Of a stretch of 48,379 nucleotides of DNA, positions 17,527 to 27,270 are shown piece by piece. Made by a program: the position numbers and the translations under genes. Under the pieces are notes generated by a model that was not told the DNA's origin, did not search any database, and saw only the letters and a program-made list of their open reading frames with translations. The stretch comes from Thermodesulfobacteriota bacterium. GTDB lineage: Bacteria; Desulfobacterota_D; UBA1144; Nemesobacterales; N074bin48. The stretch lies in the NCBI GenBank assembly GCA_041572575.1, contig JBFFSH010000011.1, forward strand, positions 1-48,379. Reading direction: 5' to 3'. Positions within the stretch are counted from its first letter, which is position 1; the number at the start of each line of letters is the position of its first letter.

Positions 17527-18331
17527 TATAAACAATATATCTATAACGTTTAACCCAGATACCTTAAATGAGGTTAAGGCGCTTTGGGGCGTAGACCTTT
17601 CTATAGAACAAGGATCGTGGGTCGTTGTTATAGGTACAAATGGTTCAGGTAAATCAACTCTTTTAAATGCAGTTGCAGGCAATGTGATGACAGACTCTGG
17701 AAGTATCGAGCTATCAGGAAATGACATAACAAGGTGGCCGGAGCATAAAAGAGCCAATCTGATCGGCAGAGTATTTCAAAACCCATTCAGCGGTACAGCT
17801 CCAAATATGACTATTGCTGAGAACCTTGCTCTTGCTTCAAAACGTGGCCAGAGTCGCGGGCTTGATATGGCACTAAAAAGTGAAGTATTTGAGAGTTTCA
17901 GACAACGAGTATCCACTCTTAACATGGGACTTGAGGGCAGGCTTGATAATATTATAGGAAGACTTTCGGGTGGACAGAGGCAGGCACTTACCCTTCTTAT
18001 GGCAACCTGGCAAAGACCAGAATTGCTTCTTCTTGACGAACACACCGCGGCACTTGATCCTAAGACTGCAAATCAGGTTATTAAACTTACTGAAGAATTA
18101 GTAAGTAAAGAGAATCTAACCACACTCATGGTTACTCATTCAATGCAGCAGGCAGTAGCTCTTGGAGACAGGTTAATTATGATGCATGGCGGCAGAGTGA
18201 TCCATGATTTCAGGGGAGCAGAAAAGAAAAGGCTTCGTCCAAAAGAACTATATGAAAGATTTGAGGATGTGAGAAGAAGGGAACAGCTTGATGAAACGGC
18301 TGCTGAAATGTTAAAAAGATTGTATATATAA
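17504..18331 (+). CDS. ABC transporter ATP-binding protein
   Basis: Walker A GTNGSGKS, signature LSGGQRQ, Walker B LLLLDEHTAALDP, H-loop MVTH. Confidence 0.95.
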   Translation: MSQSKILNINNISITFNPDTLNEVKALWGVDLSIEQGSWVVVIGTNGSGKSTLLNAVAGNVMTDSGSIELSGNDITRWPEHKRANLIGRVFQNPFSGTAPNMTIAENLALASKRGQSRGLDMALKSEVFESFRQRVSTLNMGLEGRLDNIIGRLSGGQRQALTLLMATWQRPELLLLDEHTAALDPKTANQVIKLTEELVSKENLTTLMVTHSMQQAVALGDRLIMMHGGRVIHDFRGAEKKRLRPKELYERFEDVRRREQLDETAAEMLKRLYI

Positions 18332-18334
18332 AAA

Positions 18335-18769
18335 TCAATAAGAGCCGGTTATATACTTCTCTAGCTCTTTAATTTTAAAGTTTTTATGTGAGATAATATG
18401 GTTTACCACATCTCTCATGGAAACAAGACCAAGAAGTTCATCTCCCTGCATTACAGGCAGGTGTCTTATCTGCCTTTCAGTCATGACTGCCATACACTGG
18501 TCTATTGAATCTGAAGGTTTTACAATCAATACATCCTTGACCATTAATTCCTTTATTGCAGTGTTTAGGGATGATTTGCCCTGCAGTATTACTTTTCTTG
18601 CGTAATCTCTTTCAGTAAAAATACCCAGTAGTTTGTTGTTTTGAGTCACTAACACTGCGCCAACGTCCTTTTCGGCCATTATCTGAAGGCCTTCATATAC
18701 TGTGGCATTTGGTGAGATCGTGCAAAGTCCGGTTCCTTTCTCTTGTAGCATATCGCTTACAGTATTCAT
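18335..18769 (-). CDS. CBS domain pair protein
   Basis: GIFTERDY and IRHLPV...LGLVS.RD. Confidence 0.9.
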   Translation of the reverse strand: MNTVSDMLQEKGTGLCTISPNATVYEGLQIMAEKDVGAVLVTQNNKLLGIFTERDYARKVILQGKSSLNTAIKELMVKDVLIVKPSDSIDQCMAVMTERQIRHLPVMQGDELLGLVSMRDVVNHIISHKNFKIKELEKYITGSY

Positions 18770-18935
18770 AATTTAAACTCTCTAAATTTAATTTAATTAT
18801 AATACAGGTTGTTCAGAGAAAACAAGATATATTTTCTTCTAAAATAAAATATATATCCACAAAAGCTTATTAAAATAACCGAAATTAAGATTTAGGGGTA
18901 TTATTACTTATTATATTAGAAGTTCTGGACACATT

Positions 18936-20390
18936 ATGAACAAAATAAAGGTTAAAAAGACTATTCTAATTACGGGTGCATCGGGGTACATAGGAGGCAG
19001 ATTACTTAAAACCCTGCAAGAAAGTAACGAATATGATATTAAGTGCCTGGCAAGAAAACCGGAGTACCTGAAATCCAAAGTTCCCAATACTGTAAAAATA
19101 ATAAAAGGCGATGTCCTTGATATAGAGTCATTGGAAAAGGCCTTAGTAGGTATTGATACGGCGTTTTATCTGATTCACTCTATGGGTTCAAAGGATGGAT
19201 TTGAGGATAAGGACCGGCAAGGTGCAGAAAACTTTGTTAAGGCTGCAGAAAATGCAGGTATAAGGAGAATCATATATCTTGGAGGCCTGGGAGATTCTAG
19301 TAAGGTTTTATCTCCTCATCTTAAAAGCAGACACGAAACAGGGCAAGTTCTTAGAAGTGGGAAAGTGCAGGTGATCGAGTTCAGGGCGTCTGTAGTGATA
19401 GGATCCGGAAGTCTCTCATTTGAAATTATAAGAGCACTTGTTGAAAAACTACCTGTTATGACTACGCCAAAATGGGTGTATGTGGATACTCAACCCATAG
19501 CAATATCAGATTTACTGAATTATTTAACAAAGGCAATAACACTTAAAGTTAAGGGTAATCAGATTTTTGAGATAGGGTGTAAAGATGTAGTAACATATGG
19601 AGAGCTTATGCAGGAATACGGAAGGCAAAGAGGCTTAAAACGTTATATTATTCCGGTTCCGGTTCTAACTCCATGGTTATCGAGCCTGTGGCTTGGTCTT
19701 GTTACGCCTGTATATGCAAGGATTGGAAGAAAGATCATCGATAGTCTTAAAAACCCCACAGTTATTAATGATCATCTGGCAAAAGATCATTTTGATATAG
19801 AGACCCTTACAGTTAGTGATGCAATAAAAGAAGCTCTGGCAGAAGAAGAAAAACAATTTTATGAAAACAGGTGGTCTGATTCACTTTCATCAGGAGATAC
19901 GCTTAGAAATTGGGGTGGGATAAAATTTGGTACCAGAATAATTGATACCCGAAGAAAAGAGGTAAACGCTTCTGTAAAAAGAGCATTCTTGCCGATTAGA
20001 AGAATTGGAGGCCAAACCGGATGGTACTATGCGGACTGGCTTTGGAGGTTTAGGGGTTTTATTGATTTGTTAGTTGGCGGAGTAGGTGTTAGAAGGGGCA
20101 GAAGAGACCCGGAAGACATAGCAGTAGGCGATGTAGTAGACTGGTGGAGAGTTGAAGATTATGAGCCAAATAAGCTTCTTAGGCTTTTTGCAGAGATGAA
20201 ACTTCCGGGTAGAGCATGGCTTCAGCTTGAAGCAAAGAAAATTGAAGGAAAAACCTATATCATTCAGACGGCTATCTTTGATCCAATGGGACTTGGAGGG
20301 CTACTTTACTGGTATGCTCTTTACCCACTCCACGCCATAATTTTTACCGGAATGTTAAACAAAATATCAAAAGAAGCGTCAGCAAGTTAG
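18936..20390 (+). CDS. Atypical SDR oxidoreductase with C-terminal DUF2867 (YbjT-like)
   Basis: TGASGYIG, AFYLIHSM, S.HLKSR, IGSGSLSFE, IGG..GWY, AEMKLPG.AWL. Confidence 0.9.
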   Translation: MNKIKVKKTILITGASGYIGGRLLKTLQESNEYDIKCLARKPEYLKSKVPNTVKIIKGDVLDIESLEKALVGIDTAFYLIHSMGSKDGFEDKDRQGAENFVKAAENAGIRRIIYLGGLGDSSKVLSPHLKSRHETGQVLRSGKVQVIEFRASVVIGSGSLSFEIIRALVEKLPVMTTPKWVYVDTQPIAISDLLNYLTKAITLKVKGNQIFEIGCKDVVTYGELMQEYGRQRGLKRYIIPVPVLTPWLSSLWLGLVTPVYARIGRKIIDSLKNPTVINDHLAKDHFDIETLTVSDAIKEALAEEEKQFYENRWSDSLSSGDTLRNWGGIKFGTRIIDTRRKEVNASVKRAFLPIRRIGGQTGWYYADWLWRFRGFIDLLVGGVGVRRGRRDPEDIAVGDVVDWWRVEDYEPNKLLRLFAEMKLPGRAWLQLEAKKIEGKTYIIQTAIFDPMGLGGLLYWYALYPLHAIIFTGMLNKISKEASAS

Positions 20391-21691
20391 TTCAGTGACT
20401 GGGCTTTGGGAAGTTTAAAGAAAAATGTGCTTCCTGTACCCTGCTCACTTTGTACTCCAACCTCACCGCCAAGCTTATCGACAATACGTTTTACAATAGA
20501 TAGTCCCAGACCATGGCCCATGGAAAAATCTTTTTTTGAGCTTGTAAACCTTACAAAAATATCATCTTGCTTGTCTACAGGTATACCCTGCCCATTGTCT
20601 TTTATCAAAAATGATATATTTCCGTCTGGTTCTTCTTTTGATCCTATCTCGATAACAGGTGGATCGCCGCCGTATTTTAGGGCATTGCTCAAATAATTAA
20701 ACCAGACTTCTTCTATCCACGGAGCATATCCCATTGCTGATGGTAAGCTCTGTGAGGCTTTAATCTCGGCATTTTTTTCTTCTATCATCAATGATAGCCG
20801 CTTCTGTGCTTCGGTAATTATTTTAGACATATCAACTGGATTTGTTTGTACCTCTGTATTTCTAACACCTGATAGTAGCAGCAATTCTTCAATAATATTG
20901 TTCATCTTAAAAGACATATTGGATATGTTGTCCAGGTTAGAATCGAATTCTTCATCATTTACTACATCGCTGAATTCATTTAGGTTTTCAGCATATATAA
21001 TGATGTGAGTAAGTATATTTTTGAGGTCATGTGCAACTGTCTGATCATAAGCGGTAAGTTCTTTATTTCTTGCCTTGAGTGTAGCGGTTCTTTCTTCAAC
21101 CTGTTGTTCGAGAATTTCAGCCTGGTTTACTACTGATTCATATAACCGTGCATTTTCGATTGCAATGGCTGCATGCGAAGCCAGTACCACGAGTGTATCG
21201 ACATCTTTTTGCGTAAATTCCTTTTGCCCTTTTTTATTAACCCCTTCCAATACTCCGATACTGCGCTCTTTTATTATAAGAGGCACCCCTATAAGTGAAT
21301 TCGATTTAAATCCAAGTATCTGGTCAATACCCTTATAAAAATGCGGGTCGGACTGAACATCATCTACAATAAGCGGTTTTTTTGTGTTATGTACCTGTCC
21401 TGCAATTGAGTCATCAAGCGGTACCGGAACTTCTGAAAGTAAGTTTGAAGATTGCGCAGTAGTTGCCCTGAAGTAGAGGTTTCCGTCTTTTGGATCGAGC
21501 AGGAATATAGTAGCTCCTTCACTATCTGTGAGTTCGGACGCTGTTTCTACAATTTTTTTAAGCAGTGGATCGAGTCTTAGAGAAGAAGTAAGCTCTTTAC
21601 TTATCTCTAATATCTTTTCCAGTTCCGATATGCGTGAATCTTTATCTTTTAAGTTTTCATTTTGCTGTTTGTCAGGCAAATCGTTTTTCAT
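20387..21691 (-). CDS. Cytoplasmic GAF-domain sensor histidine kinase
   Basis: GAF domain (GIDQ..GF...SLIGVPL, IGVLE.VNK, F...D...L..LA..AAIAIENARLY); H-box AHDLKN; N-box NYLSNALKY; DNGQG, GHGLGL. Confidence 0.9.
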   Translation of the reverse strand: MKNDLPDKQQNENLKDKDSRISELEKILEISKELTSSLRLDPLLKKIVETASELTDSEGATIFLLDPKDGNLYFRATTAQSSNLLSEVPVPLDDSIAGQVHNTKKPLIVDDVQSDPHFYKGIDQILGFKSNSLIGVPLIIKERSIGVLEGVNKKGQKEFTQKDVDTLVVLASHAAIAIENARLYESVVNQAEILEQQVEERTATLKARNKELTAYDQTVAHDLKNILTHIIIYAENLNEFSDVVNDEEFDSNLDNISNMSFKMNNIIEELLLLSGVRNTEVQTNPVDMSKIITEAQKRLSLMIEEKNAEIKASQSLPSAMGYAPWIEEVWFNYLSNALKYGGDPPVIEIGSKEEPDGNISFLIKDNGQGIPVDKQDDIFVRFTSSKKDFSMGHGLGLSIVKRIVDKLGGEVGVQSEQGTGSTFFFKLPKAQSLN

Positions 21692-21947
21692 TTATATAAA
21701 TCCTGATGCTACTAAACAAATAATGGTAAAATAATTTCTAAATATGTAATTATGAATTAATAATTCCAACAAGCAATATAATTATACATCCAATTGAAAT
21801 GATTTTTAAAGATTTTTTAGTTTTTATATAGTGCAGGGCTTAATACTGTACTTAAATAAGATAGAACTGTACCTATTAAGGTTCAATATTTAGTATATTC
21901 AATACTCAATGATTGTAAGAATACATCAAAAGAATTTTTGTATTGAA

Positions 21948-22088
21948 CTAAGATTTAGCCTTCTTCCACTTTCTATTTCCAAGATAAGTAAGGAAATTTT
22001 TTTCAGGAGAATTCTTTGTGCTTTTAACTCTTCTCCATTTTCTTTTTCCTATATACTTTAAAAATGCCTTCCCGTTTGAATCTGCCAT
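21948..22088 (-). CDS. 46-aa basic microprotein with internal repeat (not in ORF track)
   Basis: AGGAGG at 22095-22100 precedes ATG 22088. Translation MADSNGKAFLKYIGKRKWRRVKSTKNSPEKNFLTYLGNRKWKKAKS, TAG at 21948-21950. Confidence 0.7.
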   Translation of the reverse strand: MADSNGKAFLKYIGKRKWRRVKSTKNSPEKNFLTYLGNRKWKKAKS

Positions 22089-22353
22089 AATACCCCTCCT
22101 GACTATTAACCGTTTATATCAAATAAGACATTGTTTTCTAAGGATGTGTGATCAAGCCGAGAGTAAATCCCATATGGACAATAAAATTTACAGAGATTAA
22201 TAAAATTAAAAAATATCTTTGGTAAGTAAGAAATATTACAATTATCTAGATTATGATTATTTATCCCATCATATGTTCCTCAATACAGAACAAGCTATAT
22301 ATAATTGTATAATATTTAAAAATTAAATTCCAGTCTTTAATTCAGGTTAAATG

Positions 22354-23040
22354 CTATTTGTCATAAGATAATTTGGGATGCCAGTCTGTACCCCGTCCTT
22401 CAGGGGTAATATCAAGCAAATTCCATACAGGCCACATAAGGTCCATGTGTCTTGGGTGTCCATCGAGTGGAGCATATAGTAGTTCTGCTGCATAATAGTG
22501 AAATATCCCATCAGGAGTTTTTGTAAATACATTACAGGCTGGAATCTGATTACCCTCGGAGGTTTCAGCAAAATAATCAGCATTATAGCTCGTATTTTCA
22601 GATGAAAGCAGATGTATATTTTTCCAATTTCTAGAATCTGCAAACTCTACTATTCTCTTAATAGGGGACTTAGCAATTACAGCTAGATTTACCCTGTCAG
22701 TTATATGCATAGCGGAACCGTTAAAACCGTCAATTAGTGAGGTGCAAGCCGGGCATGGATTTTCCATTTTGGGCCCGTACATATAGCTATATATAATAAG
22801 AGATTTCTTATTGTCTTTAAACAATTCAGAGAGTTTTATTTCCCGTTCTTCATTATTAATTAGTTCTTTGAAAACATAGTCTTTTTTAAGCTTCCCACCC
22901 AAAGGTAGTGCCTGTTTCATCCTGCCTACTTCTTCGATTCTCTGCCTAAGTTCAATCTCGGCTTTTAATAGCTCGTTCCTTGCACTGCGATATTCTTTGC
23001 TTTCGCCTGGAAAACTTTTGTCATGTATGTGATTGGACAT
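22354..23040 (-). CDS. DUF899 family thioredoxin-like protein
   Basis: AR..LL.AE..L, LP.GG, CPACT, RHMD..WP.WN..D.TPEGR. Confidence 0.9.
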   Translation of the reverse strand: MSNHIHDKSFPGESKEYRSARNELLKAEIELRQRIEEVGRMKQALPLGGKLKKDYVFKELINNEEREIKLSELFKDNKKSLIIYSYMYGPKMENPCPACTSLIDGFNGSAMHITDRVNLAVIAKSPIKRIVEFADSRNWKNIHLLSSENTSYNADYFAETSEGNQIPACNVFTKTPDGIFHYYAAELLYAPLDGHPRHMDLMWPVWNLLDITPEGRGTDWHPKLSYDK

Positions 23041-23110
23041 AATTCACCTCAAAAGTTAAAGATTTATACAACATTATATCAAATAATTTGGAAATAAATT
23101 GGTAAAGCTT

Positions 23111-23476
23111 TTAATTAGACTTAGTAAATTTAACCGCGGTCTTAAACCATTTGAATTCTGTTTTAGGAGTGAGGGTTAATTCTGATTTATTTTCATTGAA
23201 CACATAGGTGAATGTTGTGTTGCTATCTTTTGAAAAGCTTAATGTAATTTGTTCTTTGTCATATTTATATGTTCCTTCAGTTTTAAATGACAATCCACTT
23301 CCCACTTCAAGCTTGAATGAGTTGTCTGTATTGAATGTGAAATGAAAAAGGCCGGATTTCCAGCTTCCAGAAAAAGGGTTTAAGAAACCAGAAATCATTT
23401 CACAGCCGGACAGGGTAAATATGCAAAAAAATAATGAAGAAAGTAAGAGCAGTGATTTTCTATTCATATTTATCAA
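23111..23476 (-). CDS. Hypothetical small beta-barrel lipoprotein
   Basis: Lipobox LSGC; GSW, F..D..F and GTY pattern of lipocalin-like barrels. Confidence 0.6.
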   Translation of the reverse strand: MINMNRKSLLLLSSLFFCIFTLSGCEMISGFLNPFSGSWKSGLFHFTFNTDNSFKLEVGSGLSFKTEGTYKYDKEQITLSFSKDSNTTFTYVFNENKSELTLTPKTEFKWFKTAVKFTKSN

Positions 23477-23571
23477 TATAGCATTCCTTAAACCGAAATA
23501 AATATTCCGATATTAAGGATTAATTGTAAAATTTGAAGTAAAATAATCTAATTGAAAACCAGTCTATTAAA

Positions 23572-23814
23572 TTAGAAGCAGCCTTTTTTTGCATGGGCTG
23601 CAATGTGTTTTTTAAGGCTTTGGATATTAGAACTTTCCTGATCTTTTATTTTTTTCCAAAATGCTATTAAAGATCTGTTGCCCTTTGCATTTGCTATATA
23701 CTGATCATATCTCCATAGAGCATCTAATCTGAGACTTAAATCATGAATCATATCATGATCATGGTTTTCCATACCCTGGCTCTCGCCAATGTGTTCCATT
23801 GCTTCTGCGCTCAT
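23572..23814 (-). CDS. Small two-helix, ferritin-like hypothetical protein
   Basis: AGGAGG upstream; HDMIHDLS.RLDALWRYDQYIANA...FWKKIK.QE..NI..LK helical pattern. Confidence 0.6.
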   Translation of the reverse strand: MSAEAMEHIGESQGMENHDHDMIHDLSLRLDALWRYDQYIANAKGNRSLIAFWKKIKDQESSNIQSLKKHIAAHAKKGCF

Positions 23815-23875
23815 ATAAAGCCTCCTTATAATCTGTGATCCAGTTTATTTTAACATATAAATTGTAATAAGGTCA

Positions 23876-24667
23876 TTAAAAATTAGCTATAATTCTAAGC
23901 GGGCTGCCACTGCCCCCTTTTATTTTCATAGGTAGAGCAAATACTGTTGCACCTGTTGCCGGCAGTTTGTCCAAATTGGCTACATTTTCAAAAGCCGGAA
24001 TATTTGCCTCAAATAAAATTACGTGGCTGCCATAATGGGTTGACTGGCCGTAATCTATACTAGGGGTATCAAGTCCGACTGCATTTATCTTTCTATTCTT
24101 AACAAGCCACTTGGCAGTGTCAGGATGCAGACCCGGAAAGTGCAAATCTTTTACAGCATCCTGCCCCAACTGATCAGTTCCCATATATTTAACTCTGTCG
24201 GGCCAAAACTTCCCGTAGCCTGTATTTAATAGTAATATCGCCCCATCTGGTATTTGCCCGTTAGCACTTTCCCATTTTAGAATGTCTGTAACCATCACCT
24301 GGTAATCAGGGTTAGTTAATGCATACTTTGATACATCAACTACGACTCCGGGACCGATTAACTGTTCAATAGGTATTTGATCAACTGTGTTTCTGTCTTC
24401 ATAAAAATGAATTGGTGAATCAATGTGTGTGCCTCCATGCTCGGCAGTGCTGAACTTGTAAGCAGAGTAGTAATAACCCTTTTCCGTATGACCTTCATAA
24501 ACCGGTTCTTTTTTAAATGTCGAAGAAGTCGGCCAGTAAATAGTTTGCTCTGAAAACTCATGTGTTAAATCAATCCATTGTCCCTCTGTGAACATGTTTT
24601 TACCGGCACAGCTAATTGAAAATAACATTACTGAAATTATTAATGCAATCTGCATATTTCGATACAT
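23876..24667 (-). CDS. Cyclase-family metal-dependent hydrolase (kynurenine formamidase-like), lipoprotein
   Basis: EHGGTHIDSPIHF, HFPG, GLDTPSID, ENVANL, GSGSPLR; lipobox SISC. Confidence 0.9.
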   Translation of the reverse strand: MYRNMQIALIISVMLFSISCAGKNMFTEGQWIDLTHEFSEQTIYWPTSSTFKKEPVYEGHTEKGYYYSAYKFSTAEHGGTHIDSPIHFYEDRNTVDQIPIEQLIGPGVVVDVSKYALTNPDYQVMVTDILKWESANGQIPDGAILLLNTGYGKFWPDRVKYMGTDQLGQDAVKDLHFPGLHPDTAKWLVKNRKINAVGLDTPSIDYGQSTHYGSHVILFEANIPAFENVANLDKLPATGATVFALPMKIKGGSGSPLRIIANF

Positions 24668-24739
24668 AGTATTCTCCTAAATAAGATAATATGGAATTAA
24701 TTATAAGAGATATCTTTAAAAACTAAAATAAAGAGTAAA

Positions 24740-25117
24740 TTAAATATTTTTTGCTGCAATATATCCAATAGATACTGCTATGAGTCCTAAGACAATTTGT
24801 AGAAATACATTTGTTAGGGCATGAAAATGTGCGCCCTGTTTGGCAAGGTTAAAAGTTTCAAAACCAAATGAGGAGAAAGTAGTGAATCCGCCCAGAAGCC
24901 CAATAAAAAGAAACATTCGAGTTTGCGTATCGAACAGGTTCTTGCTTTCAGAAAGTCCTCCGAGAATACCTATAAGAAGACAACCAAAGATATTCACAAC
25001 AAATGTTCCATATGGGAATACAGGTTTGTCCAAAAGTCTGTGAACAAGATCACCCAACATATATCTTGATACAGAACCAATAAACCCGCCAAGTCCTACT
25101 AATAGAATGTTTACCAT
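24740..25117 (-). CDS. crcB: Fluoride efflux channel CrcB/FluC
   Basis: GGFIGSVSRY, FPYGTFVVN..GC, GLLGGFTTFSSF. Confidence 0.95.
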   Translation of the reverse strand: MVNILLVGLGGFIGSVSRYMLGDLVHRLLDKPVFPYGTFVVNIFGCLLIGILGGLSESKNLFDTQTRMFLFIGLLGGFTTFSSFGFETFNLAKQGAHFHALTNVFLQIVLGLIAVSIGYIAAKNI

Positions 25118-25179
25118 AACATGCCTGATTATTGGGCGTAAAAGATACCTAATACTTATATGTATTCAATTAATATGAT

Positions 25180-25926
25180 TTACCTGTAATCCGGATTTGG
25201 ATAATCAAACCTGCAGCCGGCATCCCATTCCGATCTCTGATTACCATGAGCAGGAATTCCGCCTGCATCTTTTATCATACGTGCCATGTGTATTAGATTC
25301 CAGGTCATAAATGTTGTATTCCTGTTTGTAAAATCATTTTCAGGTCCTCCTGATCCTTCATCAAGATATGAAGGCCCGGGGCCTGCTTCACCAAGCCAGC
25401 CTGCATCTGCCTGAGGAGGGATTACATATCCAAGATGCTGTAGAGAGTAAAGTATGTTCATCGAGCAGTGCTTGGCGCCATCTTCATTACCTGTAATTAA
25501 GCATCCACCGACTCTTCCGTAATAGGCATACTGCCCACTTTCATTAAGGTCGCCAGAGGATGAATATAGTCTCTCGATTGTCTGCGTGCATACTGAAGAT
25601 TTTTCTCCAAGCCAAATGGGGCTTGTTATTACAAGAATATGTGCAGCTTTCACTTTTTCATAAATCTGCGGCCAGTCATCAACGTCCCAGCCTTTCTCGG
25701 TCATATCGGGATATACACCAAAGGCAAGATTGAAATCTATGGGCCTTAATACTTCAACGGAGATTTTATTTTTTTCCATTATGGCTTTACAAATATCGAT
25801 AAGCCCCTGAGTATGAGAAACTTCAGGTGATTTTTTTAGTGTACAATTAAGAAATAAAGCTTTTAAGTCAGAAAAGTCCCATTTGCTCTCCGAGCACATT
25901 TTTAATTGTTTTTCATTTAATTCCAT
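25180..25926 (-). CDS. Flavodoxin-fold NAD(P)H-dependent FMN reductase family protein
   Basis: NCTLKKSP..SHT, SPIWLGE.SS, GNEDGAKH, GEAGPGPSY. Confidence 0.85.
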   Translation of the reverse strand: MELNEKQLKMCSESKWDFSDLKALFLNCTLKKSPEVSHTQGLIDICKAIMEKNKISVEVLRPIDFNLAFGVYPDMTEKGWDVDDWPQIYEKVKAAHILVITSPIWLGEKSSVCTQTIERLYSSSGDLNESGQYAYYGRVGGCLITGNEDGAKHCSMNILYSLQHLGYVIPPQADAGWLGEAGPGPSYLDEGSGGPENDFTNRNTTFMTWNLIHMARMIKDAGGIPAHGNQRSEWDAGCRFDYPNPDYR

Positions 25927-26054
25927 ATTATCCCCCTGTGTTTATGAACATTATAATAAAGCAGTAAATAATCTAATTCATATTTGAGCAAATATTCATA
26001 GAATTTGCAAGTATGATTTAATTAGAGAATGATGAAAGTGATAAAGATTCAATT

Positions 26055-26840
26055 CTAGACTTTTGGGCTATAGTGTCTGGCAAGCCACTTACTAAGACCA
26101 TCTAGTCCCGGAAACAGCACACGTTCTGTAATATTAGCCTGATCTAGCTTATCTCTTATTTCCCATTTCAGCCTAGCGGGGATAATTATCCTACGCCAGA
26201 TATCCTGTTTTTCCTCGAGCCATGTATTCAGCACAATGTTAGAATGAGAGGATACGGAAAAAAATGCAAACTGGTTTACAATTCTGTCATCGATTGAAGG
26301 GGGCTCAAAAAACATTACAAAAGGCTTTTTGGATAATTGTTCAAGTTCAGAGATGGACTTAATAGATTCAAACAGCATTTCAACAGTAAAAACATTGGCA
26401 CCTTCTTCATCAAGTTTCTTTCTTAGTTTATTTGGGAGAAGGTTATGTGTGTGTACATAGTTTAGCGCCCATATAACTCCATCGGTATGAAACTTATCAA
26501 GATTTGCAGTAGCAAAGTGCATGGCTATAAATGGTGAGTATGTCCAGTCCATAAGCCTTGTAGGAAGACCATAATGTTGGGCTACGGAAAGCCAGTTCCA
26601 GATAGAGTCTTTTTCAACTACATCTCTATGTGCATATTTTTTAAAATTTCTGAGAAGGTGTTTTTCCAGCTTTTTAAAATCTCCGCCGTGTCTGTAGAGC
26701 CGTGATTCAAGCTTATATTCACGGTCAGAAAGCCCCCTAAATGCGTATCTGGAACGGAATCTGCCAAGCTTTTCGTTCCATGATTCGGTAAAAAGTTCGG
26801 TTTGCAGTTCATTCCAGCTTGATACTGTTATCTCATTCAT
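26055..26840 (-). CDS. FRG domain protein
   Basis: AFRG, AQHYGLPTRLMDWTYSP..A..FA, RIVNQ, LFPGLDG. Confidence 0.9.
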   Translation of the reverse strand: MNEITVSSWNELQTELFTESWNEKLGRFRSRYAFRGLSDREYKLESRLYRHGGDFKKLEKHLLRNFKKYAHRDVVEKDSIWNWLSVAQHYGLPTRLMDWTYSPFIAMHFATANLDKFHTDGVIWALNYVHTHNLLPNKLRKKLDEEGANVFTVEMLFESIKSISELEQLSKKPFVMFFEPPSIDDRIVNQFAFFSVSSHSNIVLNTWLEEKQDIWRRIIIPARLKWEIRDKLDQANITERVLFPGLDGLSKWLARHYSPKV

Positions 26841-26958
26841 AGTTCATATTATTATATATGAGGATTATTGTTTAATTAATTTATATGTGATTGTTTAGTC
26901 ACTTAATAAGTCTTTTCGAATAACTGAATGAACTTAATGAATATACTGATAAGATTGT

Positions 26959-27270
26959 TTAAGTGTCTTTAATCCTATCTTCAATATTCTCTATTAGTCT
27001 TTTACCATGAATTATTGCAGTAATAAGAACAGACTCTTCTCTAATTATATACGTTACTCTATAACTATATACCAGACGTTCTCTTATCTTCTCATTATTT
27101 AATTCAGGGACTATTCTTCCACTAAGTGGGAAATTGCCAATTTGTTTTGTTGTGGTTAAAATCTTTGTAGTGACTGCGCTTGAATAATATTCAGAATCTT
27201 TTGAGATAAATTCTACGATTGAATGAAGGTCATCTACGGCTTCGGGGGACCATATTACTTGCTTGTCCAC
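26959..27270 (-). CDS. Type II toxin, RelE/ParE family
   Basis: WSPEA..DL..I..FI..DS, FP.SGRIVPE, RE.LVYSYR..Y, IIHG.R. Confidence 0.9.
   Translation of the reverse strand: MDKQVIWSPEAVDDLHSIVEFISKDSEYYSSAVTTKILTTTKQIGNFPLSGRIVPELNNEKIRERLVYSYRVTYIIREESVLITAIIHGKRLIENIEDRIKDT

Noticed and set aside
21880..21948. Inverted repeats GTTCAATA/TATTGAAC downstream of the microprotein
   Set aside because: Short, AT-rich and widely spaced; cannot be told from chance, though a weak terminator is possible.
22018..22200. 60-aa plus-strand ORF, and the many other short ORFs antisense to or overlapping real genes (for example 445-678, 5393-5755, 6244-6666, 46155-46490)
   Set aside because: They are shadows of better-supported genes, with no RBS or recognisable motifs.
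25118..25179. Fluoride riboswitch upstream of crcB
   Set aside because: Only 62 bp of AT-rich spacer, with no GGCGATGG...GCTAATGAC-type consensus on the minus strand.
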